Origin: a virus
Lineage: Duplodnaviria; Caudoviricetes
Virus record (IMG/VR): IMGVR_UViG_3300027728_000083
Span: 1 to 25,381 of that record
Length of the DNA: 25,381 nt
Strand: one strand, 5' to 3'
In this document: one piece after another, positions 17,296-24,048 of the stretch
How the letters are laid out: the number at the start of each line of letters is the position of its first letter
Numbering within the stretch: the stretch's first letter is position 1
Position numbers and translations under genes: made by a program
Notes under the pieces: model-generated
The model's database searches: none
What the model was told of the DNA's origin: nothing
Seen by the model: the letters and a program-made list of their open reading frames with translations, nothing else

Positions 17296-18119
17296 GCGGC
17301 TCCCTTCATGCGGTCAGCTTGCAGGGCTTCCAGGGCGAGCATGCGGCGTTCGGCCTCGGAGGGCTGCACGGGTCCGGTGCGGGGGATGTGGAGGACTTTG
17401 GGGGCGTCCTTGAGGCTGTCGAGGAAGACGCCGCGCCAGCCGTGCTTGACGGACTTGCGGAGGGCTTCGACGGCGTTGGCCTCGTTGACGGCGGCCAGAT
17501 CGGCGACAATGCGCTGGGCGGCGGTTGGGGTTAGGGGAGCCTTGATCTCTCGGCGGTGTTGGGCAAACTCGGCCCAGGCATTGGCGAGGCCGGCGCCGTG
17601 GGGCAGGGAAATGGTGGCGGGGTCGAACTTGGGCGGCTTTGGACGCGGAACTGCTACAGGGGAAGAAGAAGGGAGCGAAGGCTGCGAAGCGGCCGGAGCG
17701 GGCGCGTCAGCGTCATTACTCTTTCTTAATGTTGTCTTATAGTTGGGGTGACGCAGCGTCACCTGTACAGAGGACGCTGTGTCACCTGTACAAGGGACGC
17801 TGTGTCCTAGATGACGCTCTGTCACCGGTGACGCTGCGTCACCCATACCGGTAAACTGATAGACGGCAGCCATGCGCATACCGTTCTTGATGCGTGCCGT
17901 ATTGACCCTGCTGATGTAGCCGCCGGCGATCAGCCGGTTGAGAATGTCAGTGATGCGCCGGGTGCTGATGCCGGTCATTTCGTGGAGCTTGTTGCGGCTG
18001 GCAAAGACGCCGCGGTCCTTGGCTAGGTCTGCCAGGGCGACCAAGACAAACTTGTCGCGGGTTGGCAGCTTCTGCGCGTAGGCGTATTCGCGCTCCGGTT
18101 TTTGGCGCTTTGGTTCCAC
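17292..18119 (-). CDS. Phage replication initiator (lambda O-like architecture), 275 aa
   Basis: N-terminal wHTH (KFVLVALADLA...S...L..MTGIS.R.I...L..L...GYI), central iteron-encoded linker, C-terminal WAEF..HR.EIK.PLT...S..HGW.G. Confidence 0.82.
   Translation of the reverse strand: MEPKRQKPEREYAYAQKLPTRDKFVLVALADLAKDRGVFASRNKLHEMTGISTRRITDILNRLIAGGYISRVNTARIKNGMRMAAVYQFTGMGDAASPVTERHLGHSVPCTGDTASSVQVTLRHPNYKTTLRKSNDADAPAPAASQPSLPSSSPVAVPRPKPPKFDPATISLPHGAGLANAWAEFAQHRREIKAPLTPTAAQRIVADLAAVNEANAVEALRKSVKHGWRGVFLDSLKDAPKVLHIPRTGPVQPSEAERRMLALEALQADRMKGAA
17714..17844. repeat. Replication origin: five iterons plus AT-rich tract
   Basis: GACGCWSYGTC(ACC) at 17750, 17773, 17796, 17813, 17830; AT-rich 17714-17744; inside the initiator gene. 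Confidence 0.8.
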
Positions 18120-18487
18120 TAGCTGCGCCTCCCAAATTTGTTCCGGTGGGCGCCCTTGGGGCCATCGAACTCGAGGACGCCGTCCGGGCGCACCCGCGCA
18201 AATCGAACCTTCATGCGGTCGTTGGTTCGCCAGTCCTTCTTCTCTTGGACATAGGTGACCGCGGGGCCGTCGAAGCTGGGGGGCAGGATGAAGAGCATCT
18301 TGGGGTGGGGGCAGGACTTCGCCGAGACGGCCGCGGTGACTTCCTCGCCCACGGCGTAGGGGGCGCCGGGAGGCTTGGGCGTGGCATCTTGGGCTGCTGC
18401 GGGTGGGGGCTCTGGGGCGGCTTCGGGTTGCGGGCTAGGTTGCCCCCTGAGGGTGTCGGTGGCTTTTTTGATTAGTTCGTTGATCAT
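18119..18487 (-). CDS. Hypothetical protein, 122 aa
   Basis: Coupled to the HNH and initiator genes; Pro-rich linker and small beta domain. Confidence 0.7.
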   Translation of the reverse strand: MINELIKKATDTLRGQPSPQPEAAPEPPPAAAQDATPKPPGAPYAVGEEVTAAVSAKSCPHPKMLFILPPSFDGPAVTYVQEKKDWRTNDRMKVRFARVRPDGVLEFDGPKGAHRNKFGRRS

Positions 18488-19518
18488 AAGGGGCAGGTGG
18501 TTGTGCTGTGGATGGTTAGGGGCAGGTGGAGTTGGGGCTCAGTGAGTTTGGCGCCCTTGCTCATGTTTTTGCGTGGCGCCAAAGGGCGCATGTTCTGCCA
18601 GTTGCAGGCGACTTTGAGTTGCTCTGGATTGGCAAGATCCAAGGCGGCGAGGGGAACAATGTGATCGATGTGAAAACTGCCAGGGTTATCCCACGACATC
18701 TTGCCCTTAAACTGCCGCTCAATGTGCTGGCGCAGGAAGTCAAAGGAACAGCCGATTAGTTCCTCGGTGCGGCCGGTCTTGGAGGCGCCGCCCTTTTGGA
18801 TGGCTTGGTAAACGCGAGCGCGGACCTTGTAGGCCAATGCAAACTGTGGGTCTTGGGCGTAGCGGCGCTTGACGTATGCCTTGGCAAGTTTATTCCGCCG
18901 GCCGGGATTGCGCGCAGCCCACTGGCGCTGCAGTTCCTTACATCTTTCTTGGTTGTTTTGCTGCCATCTGCGCGTCCTTTCGCGAATCTTGGCCACCCAT
19001 GCGGGGTCATGCTTTAAGCGCTGATATCTATTTATTTCCGCTGCCCTTTTCTTTTCTGCAACTCCTGGGCGCTGCCTGTATTTCTTGGAGTAAGCGCGCC
19101 GCCGCTCTTTGTTCTCTGGCTTCTGCCGGCCGATCTTGGCGCGCTCCCTTCCCCGCTCAGACTGCGCCCACCTCTTCGTGGCTTGCGCCCGGTCCACGGC
19201 CCGTGCCTTAAACGCCTCTCCGTTCATATATCGGGCGGCAACCAGCTTTTTCCATTCGCGCTGTGCGGCGTATCTCTGTAACGGCATCCAGCGCTCTCTG
19301 ACATGAACACTGCCATCAACCCTCCTGTCGCGTTCGTAGCACCAGAAAATCGTTCCATCAGAAGGGTTTACATCGCCTCTTCGGAATCGTTTTTCTTTGG
19401 ACAGTGTCGGAGCCGAATCGGTGGGGGTGTTTGAAGAAATTGAGAACACGCAACCCCCTCCCCCCCCATCCGACAGAGGAACATGCGTTGTGATGTTTAA
19501 TTCTGAGTCATTATACAT
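18484..19518 (-). CDS. HNH homing-type endonuclease (start uncertain)
   Basis: ELIGCS...L..HIE.QF..MSWDN...HIDHIVP...NW.N.RPL...N.SKG; basic helical repeats; N-terminal FRRGD...DG.IFW.Y...E.W. Confidence 0.85.
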   Translation of the reverse strand: MYNDSELNITTHVPLSDGGGGGCVFSISSNTPTDSAPTLSKEKRFRRGDVNPSDGTIFWCYERDRRVDGSVHVRERWMPLQRYAAQREWKKLVAARYMNGEAFKARAVDRAQATKRWAQSERGRERAKIGRQKPENKERRRAYSKKYRQRPGVAEKKRAAEINRYQRLKHDPAWVAKIRERTRRWQQNNQERCKELQRQWAARNPGRRNKLAKAYVKRRYAQDPQFALAYKVRARVYQAIQKGGASKTGRTEELIGCSFDFLRQHIERQFKGKMSWDNPGSFHIDHIVPLAALDLANPEQLKVACNWQNMRPLAPRKNMSKGAKLTEPQLHLPLTIHSTTTCPL

Positions 19519-19554
19519 GATGGATCTTGTCTTTAGTTATAGTGTAAGTCGTTG

Positions 19555-20154
19555 CTAATCAAGGGTGATAATGTCACGATTGGTCACTATCGGTGCTGGA
19601 GGTAGGCTCGGCGTCTCTGTTTGTGGCGGCCGCTCCTGACCCTCGACCGGTATAAACGCCACATCCACGACCTCAGAGCCCTTCCGCAGGCCAGCCACGA
19701 ATGTGATCCACTCGTCAGCCGCTGGGGCCAGCACGTGTTCAACCCGCTGTGTTGCACCGCCGGACAGCAGCTCTGCCTTCTCGCTTGCCACAGCCGACAT
19801 GATGACTAGGCCGTGGTCCTTCATATCCGGCACGCGGTCAAGAAGTTCTGCCGTGCCGACAGCCGCGAGGGTTTTCCAATTGTTGGCAGCCGTCTGGCGG
19901 GCCTTGTCTAGTGCCTCGGGACGGTTGCGGATGAGCGCAATGATGGTGTGGTAGGACGTGTTGTAGGCTCGGGCAATGCGCGTGGCTGGCATCCCTGAAA
20001 CGTGCGCCGCGAGGATCTCAGCGACCTTGCCCGGGGGCACATCTTGGCCGGTGTGGCCCTGGACACTGACCAGTTCTTTGCCCTCGTCATCCTTGATGAT
20101 CTTGACGCGGTGTCCGCCGGCCTTGGGCTTTGATCGTGTTTTAGGTCTCGCCAT
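19555..20154 (-). CDS. terS: Terminase small subunit (putative), 199 aa
   Basis: HTH (G.PATRIARAYNTSYHTI), helical middle, AVASEKAELLSG.AT.RVEH, disordered tail; followed by a pac-like G-tract region. Confidence 0.6.
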   Translation of the reverse strand: MARPKTRSKPKAGGHRVKIIKDDEGKELVSVQGHTGQDVPPGKVAEILAAHVSGMPATRIARAYNTSYHTIIALIRNRPEALDKARQTAANNWKTLAAVGTAELLDRVPDMKDHGLVIMSAVASEKAELLSGGATQRVEHVLAPAADEWITFVAGLRKGSEVVDVAFIPVEGQERPPQTETPSLPPAPIVTNRDIITLD

Positions 20155-20158
20155 AAGG

Positions 20159-20419
20159 TTACCTCAAAATCCTCCCCTTGTGCCGCCTCAAGAGCGGCCT
20201 CACCGCTTCAACCCCCTGGTCCGTCTCGAAAATGTTTAGGTGCGGCCCCCTGACCGCCCTCGCAATCTTCTTCATGCCCATGTCCAGCAGCACGCCACTA
20301 AGCCACGGGTCACGGCTCTGGACATGCCAGTAGTCGCCGACTTGCCATGCGCATAAAGTGGACGTGCCGGGATTGGAACCCGGCGCGGGCTTAGGTTTGC
20401 GCTGCTGCACGGTGGCCAC
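20159..20419 (-). CDS. Hypothetical protein, about 86 aa (GTG start assumed)
   Basis: LCAWQVG..WHVQSRDP; fills the gap between neighbours. Confidence 0.55.
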   Translation of the reverse strand: MATVQQRKPKPAPGSNPGTSTLCAWQVGDYWHVQSRDPWLSGVLLDMGMKKIARAVRGPHLNIFETDQGVEAVRPLLRRHKGRILR

Positions 20420-20430
20420 GTCCGAATGAG

Positions 20431-20637
20431 TTAAGCCAGCGAGTAGCAAGCGAACCGCTTGCCGTTGCGTCGCATCATCCGGCTCTGCACACGGATGCCG
20501 GCTTCGCGCATCTCCTCGATGCGTGCCGCCAGCCGCATGCACTTGAAGCGGGTGGAGGCTGACAGCGGCGTGATCCCGCGGCCGGTGCGCAGATAGCGCA
20601 GGATGCGGTTGGTCTGGTTCTTGGTGTTGGTGCTCAT
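20431..20637 (-). CDS. Winged helix-turn-helix protein, 68 aa
   Basis: Q..RIL.YL..G..ITPL.A...F.CMRLAARI..MR..G..V....NGKRFA.Y.L. Confidence 0.85.
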   Translation of the reverse strand: MSTNTKNQTNRILRYLRTGRGITPLSASTRFKCMRLAARIEEMREAGIRVQSRMMRRNGKRFACYSLA

Positions 20638-20756
20638 GGTTTGGTCTTGGTTAGTTTGCTAAAGATCCGCTGGCACATGGCCATCAGCGCATCCACAGGG
20701 ATGCATGGGCGTGTGCCGTGGTAGTTGCGGGCGTGGAGTTGGCTTGGGACGGTCAT
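20634..20756 (-). CDS. Small hypothetical protein, 40 aa
   Basis: MTVPSQLHAR...KTKP; ATGA-coupled at both ends. Confidence 0.5.
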   Translation of the reverse strand: MTVPSQLHARNYHGTRPCIPVDALMAMCQRIFSKLTKTKP

Positions 20757-21919
20757 GGCTGGTGCTCCATCAGCTCACTAACAAGAAGCCTAAACGCTCG
20801 CTCTGCGACGGCTGGCACAACGCCATTCCCGAGGAGTCGCAACTCGTCGGTGCGGTTGTCACAGGATTCACACAGCTGGGCATAGTCCAGCCCACAGGGA
20901 GACCCATCAACGTCTCGACCCAGCGGGGGTTCAGCCTGCCGCTCTGCCGTCTCTCCACCATGTTCTTCGCCTTGCGGGCTTCCCAAGATTCTGCTGACTC
21001 GTCTTGCTGCCACGGCGTCGGCGTTGCCCACTGCTTCTGATTCTCCAACATTGCTTTCACGTGCAGAAGGTTTGTGTGATTCCCTCCCTTCGCTTGGAAC
21101 GGAGTTATACCGCTTTGTTTCCCATCCTGCATTGTTGGTGTCGGCCACTGCTTCTTTATCTCCTCCGCAAACACTTGATCCCCGGTAATGTGGTCGCGGG
21201 CTGTTGGGGTTCCGCATTTCGCTTCGGATGCTCGCGGGGTTCCCCACTGTTCTCGGCGGCTCCCATCCGTGCTGCTGCTCGCCTGGGCGGCTTGGCCAAA
21301 CATCACACTCACTGCTTGCCCAAGCGTCTGCTCCGACATATTCGGTCGGCTCGGTGGGTGTGTTCCGGTTATAGAATCCTTCCAGTCCCTTGCATTCGCG
21401 GTAGGCCAAGATAAAGACCCGCTTCCTCTGGTGAGGCGCGCCGCATTCACGCGCTGACGCCACGCACCACGTCGGTCGGTAACCCAGTCCGACCAGGTCT
21501 TGCAAAACGTCGGGCAGCCCCAGCGAGATATGTCCTTCGACGTTTTCAAAGAAACAGACACCCGGTCGCATGAGAGCAATTCCGGCTGATATGTGAGGCC
21601 AGAGGTGTCTGGGATCTTCTTTGCCAAGCCGCTTTCCTGCTGTGCTGAAGGGCTGGCAGGGATAACCTCCAGAGAGGATGTCCACGCGGTCACGAAAGTC
21701 TGACCATGGGAAGGTTTTAAGGTCCGTCCAGATAGGCGCGCAGTCCAAGAGTCCCGCTTCCATCTTTGCGACCAGGTTCGCGCAGGCGAAGGCTTCGATC
21801 TCGCTAACAGCGATTGTGCGCAGATTTCGGATTGCTCGGTGGAGTCCGAGATCAATGCCTCCGTATCCGGCACAAAGGGAGACGTGTGTAACTGGCGAGG
21901 CAGAACCCACATGGCTCAT
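20753..21919 (-). CDS. C5-cytosine DNA methyltransferase, alpha chain (motifs I-VIII, X)
   Basis: SLCAGYGG, GGYPCQPFS, FFENV, HQRKRVFI, LRLLGNGV. Confidence 0.9.
   Translation of the reverse strand: MSHVGSASPVTHVSLCAGYGGIDLGLHRAIRNLRTIAVSEIEAFACANLVAKMEAGLLDCAPIWTDLKTFPWSDFRDRVDILSGGYPCQPFSTAGKRLGKEDPRHLWPHISAGIALMRPGVCFFENVEGHISLGLPDVLQDLVGLGYRPTWCVASARECGAPHQRKRVFILAYRECKGLEGFYNRNTPTEPTEYVGADAWASSECDVWPSRPGEQQHGWEPPRTVGNPASIRSEMRNPNSPRPHYRGSSVCGGDKEAVADTNNAGWETKRYNSVPSEGRESHKPSARESNVGESEAVGNADAVAARRVSRILGSPQGEEHGGETAERQAEPPLGRDVDGSPCGLDYAQLCESCDNRTDELRLLGNGVVPAVAERAFRLLVSELMEHQP
20770..21912 (-). CDS. C5 methyltransferase beta chain in an overlapping frame (WxTP repeats plus motif IX)
   Basis: WPTA/WGTP/WPTP/WATP repeats and RLNPRWVETLMGLPVGWT; 380 codons open inside the alpha gene. 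Confidence 0.75.
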   Translation of the reverse strand: MWVLPRQLHTSPFVPDTEALISDSTEQSEICAQSLLARSKPSPARTWSQRWKRDSWTARLSGRTLKPSHGQTFVTAWTSSLEVIPASPSAQQESGLAKKIPDTSGLTYQPELLSCDRVSVSLKTSKDISRWGCPTFCKTWSDWVTDRRGAWRQRVNAARLTRGSGSLSWPTANARDWKDSITGTHPPSRPNMSEQTLGQAVSVMFGQAAQASSSTDGSRREQWGTPRASEAKCGTPTARDHITGDQVFAEEIKKQWPTPTMQDGKQSGITPFQAKGGNHTNLLHVKAMLENQKQWATPTPWQQDESAESWEARKAKNMVERRQSGRLNPRWVETLMGLPVGWTMPSCVNPVTTAPTSCDSSGMALCQPSQSERLGFLLVS

Positions 21920-22056
21920 GCGTCCTCCTCGTCGCCATCATCATAGGGATCGTAGGGCACGCCATAGGCCGCCATGCAGTCAGCCGAATGCGCCCGGCTG
22001 ATGTCGGCCTCACGCTGTTCATCGTCGCACCGGTCGTCGTAGTCGGGGTCGATCAT
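21916..22056 (-). CDS. Small acidic protein, 46 aa
   Basis: MIDPDYDDRCDDEQ...DDGDEEDA; ATGA-coupled at both ends. Confidence 0.55.
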   Translation of the reverse strand: MIDPDYDDRCDDEQREADISRAHSADCMAAYGVPYDPYDDGDEEDA

Positions 22057-22178
22057 CGCCGGCCTCCAATCTTGTTGATTGCGTTGAGGGCGATGGAGCC
22101 GACGACGAGTAACCCGACGAGCGACATGAAGGTCGCATCGGTGAGGTAGCTAAGGACGTCCAGTGGTGTGGGTGTCAT
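22053..22178 (-). CDS. Small single-TM protein, 41 aa
   Basis: MTPTPLDVLSYLTDATFMSLVGLLVVGSIALNAINKIGGRR; first gene of the leftward operon. Confidence 0.55.
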   Translation of the reverse strand: MTPTPLDVLSYLTDATFMSLVGLLVVGSIALNAINKIGGRR

Positions 22179-22213
22179 AGTTGTGAGGGCGAGATGGGCG
22201 CGCACCTGGGTGG

Positions 22214-22242
22214 ATAATTGCAGACATGCGCGGACAGCGCAA
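22214..22242 (-). promoter_or_regulatory. Leftward promoter with overlapping TGTC repeats
   Basis: Minus strand TTGCGC-17 bp-AATTAT with TGn extension. Confidence 0.45.
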
Positions 22243-22279
22243 GACATATTTTTCACCACCCGTGGGGCCAAGACCCTAT

Positions 22280-22309
22280 TTGACAAATGTCCCGAAGTGT
22301 CCCTAAGTG
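22280..22309 (+). promoter_or_regulatory. Possible rightward promoter 1
   Basis: Perfect TTGACA at 22280-22285; weak -10 (TAAGTG); ATG at 22316 would be leaderless. Confidence 0.3.
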
Positions 22310-22419
22310 CATTTTATGAAAACCAACAAACGACGCCCTAGAAACCTGTCTAAAAAACGCAAAAACTTAAACACGTTGCTCGGCGTTTTTGCGGTAAAAC
22401 AGGCCATTTTACTCTGTAG

Positions 22420-22479
22420 GAAAAAAACTTTCAGAAAATTGATCTTTTTTCTTGCATTCCCCAGCGTCTGGCGTATAGT
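22420..22479 (+). promoter_or_regulatory. Rightward sigma70 promoter with UP-like A/T tracts
   Basis: TTGCAT (22452-22457)-16 bp-TATAGT (22474-22479); A/T tracts upstream; ATG at 22489. Confidence 0.6.
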
Positions 22480-22488
22480 AGGGGAGTA

Positions 22489-22872
22489 ATGAAAACACAC
22501 ACCACAACGGGCGCGGGGAATTCCGCCGCGCAAATCACCACCCGCTACACCAACGCCGGAAAAATGCCCGACGAAACTCAGTTTGACTACGTAATTGAGG
22601 TTTCCGCATGGGCGGACACCGGAACGGCCGGATATATCGGCGTCAGCGGGCAGCCCACGAACGATGACTTGAGAGCCATGCTCTCCGAGGAAGTGGCCGA
22701 GTTGCAGCGATGGATCGATGCGGAAGCAAAAAAGGGGAACATGGACGAGCGCACCGACGAGCCGCAGGTCGCCGAGGTTCGTCAACGCCCCGCGTCCGCA
22801 GACGGCGATTGCCCGCCGTCCCATGAATGGCCGGTTGTCATTGCCGAACTCATGGCGAAGGAGGTCGCATGA
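22489..22872 (+). CDS. Hypothetical acidic early protein, 127 aa
   Basis: Follows the promoter; GGAGG and ATGA coupling to the next gene. Confidence 0.75.
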   Translation: MKTHTTTGAGNSAAQITTRYTNAGKMPDETQFDYVIEVSAWADTGTAGYIGVSGQPTNDDLRAMLSEEVAELQRWIDAEAKKGNMDERTDEPQVAEVRQRPASADGDCPPSHEWPVVIAELMAKEVA

Positions 22873-23039
22873 ATCCGCCAACCACACCGGAGCAACGCGA
22901 GGCAATGCGGCGAGCCGATAGAATTGCTGCTGGTCTCATCAACTCCGAGAAACGCCGCGAAAGAATTGCCGATCGACTCAAGTCGTTCGGTCTGTCCGAC
23001 GATCAAGTCTCCAGCGTCATGGAGATTGTCGCCTACTAA
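22869..23039 (+). CDS. Hypothetical protein, 56 aa
   Basis: MNPPTTPEQREAMRR...; AGGAGG RBS. Confidence 0.65.
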   Translation: MNPPTTPEQREAMRRADRIAAGLINSEKRRERIADRLKSFGLSDDQVSSVMEIVAY

Positions 23040-23075
23040 CAAACAAACACACACGAACACACAAAAATACACACA

Positions 23076-23483
23076 ATGAAAACCGCCTACTACCAACACC
23101 ACATGACGGGCGAGGAACTCAGCGTTGCCGTCGCTGCGATAAAAGAAACTAAAATGGAGCGTGCGCTCCGCCGTCTTCCGAATGGCTGGACACACTCATT
23201 TCACGACGACGGGAGCGACGGTTACCCAACCTACCGCTATAAGGCCGTCCCGGTATGGGGCGTGAGCATATACGACGAAAACGAGGTTCAGGTGGCGTAT
23301 GCCAGCAAGCCCGAAAAAGGATCGCGGACGCGGACTCCGCACGGAGAACTTATGGCGGATGGAGAGCCGGCGGCCAAGCGCAATGCGGCGCGGGTCGCCG
23401 TTAACCGGTTCGCCGCGGCGATGTGGGGACAGCACCCTATTTGGGCCGCGAACTGTTATTTCACGGAAACGGAAAATGAATAA
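23076..23483 (+). CDS. Hypothetical protein, 135 aa
   Basis: Long A/C-rich leader before ATG. Confidence 0.7.
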   Translation: MKTAYYQHHMTGEELSVAVAAIKETKMERALRRLPNGWTHSFHDDGSDGYPTYRYKAVPVWGVSIYDENEVQVAYASKPEKGSRTRTPHGELMADGEPAAKRNAARVAVNRFAAAMWGQHPIWAANCYFTETENE

Positions 23484-23643
23484 AGCCGCCCAAGCTCTCG
23501 GAAAACTCGCCGCTGGAAAGCCTAAAAACTTTTCTGCGGCTGAGCTGGCCCGCCGAAAGAAACGGCTTGCTGCCGCCCGCGCAAAACGCTGGCCCAAGAA
23601 AGACGCCAGTTCCTCGAACACAGACAAAGGACACACACAATGA
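23476..23643 (+). CDS. Small basic protein (N.AA.ALG...A...RW type), 55 aa
   Basis: MNKAAQALGKLAAGKPK.FS..E..RR..RLA.AR.KRW. Confidence 0.7.
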   Translation: MNKAAQALGKLAAGKPKNFSAAELARRKKRLAAARAKRWPKKDASSSNTDKGHTQ

Positions 23644-23720
23644 AAACAGAATCAGAGATCAAAGCCGCCCGCGAGCTGCACAAACGGCGGCGCTCACGCC
23701 AGTGCGAGGATGCGGTATGA
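23640..23720 (+). CDS. Micro-ORF, 26 aa
   Basis: MKTESEIKAARELHKRRRSRQCEDAV; A/C-rich leader; ATGA-coupled at both ends. Confidence 0.45.
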   Translation: MKTESEIKAARELHKRRRSRQCEDAV

Positions 23721-23899
23721 TGAAATGCCCCCACTGCAATAAAACCCTCCGCGCGCACATCGTGGACACCCGCGCCACCGGGAGCAAGGGCGGCAAAGTC
23801 AGGTCGCCGCTCAAAGCCCGCACCAGCGAGCAGGCCCGCGCGGCGGTCAATGCGCGCTGGGCCAAGGCTAGGTTAGCCGCTCGGCCAAATACTTTTTGA
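23717..23899 (+). CDS. Small basic CPHC / KGG / ARW protein, 60 aa
   Basis: MMKCPHCNK...GSKGGK...SEQARAAVNARW. Confidence 0.7.
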   Translation: MMKCPHCNKTLRAHIVDTRATGSKGGKVRSPLKARTSEQARAAVNARWAKARLAARPNTF

Positions 23900-24048
23900 A
23901 CCGCGCCAACTCGCCGGCCGCAGCTTCACCGGCAGTGCCGTGCTCGCCCTGCGCCGCGCCTACGGCGAGCACCGCCTGCGGAATGCATGCTTGGCCCTCG
24001 ACACGCTGCCCTATGATGACAACCTCAAAGCCATCGCCGACCGGTGCT

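Noticed and set aside
17750-17844. Palindromic repeats as a mini-CRISPR array
   Set aside because: Periods of 17-23 bp leave no unique spacers; location inside the initiator gene fits iterons
19474-19530. Possible XerCD dif site (TGATGTTTAAT arm; TGTATA hexamer)
   Set aside because: The XerD-like arm and the central hexamer are not in the same 11-6-11 register, and no XerC-like arm matches
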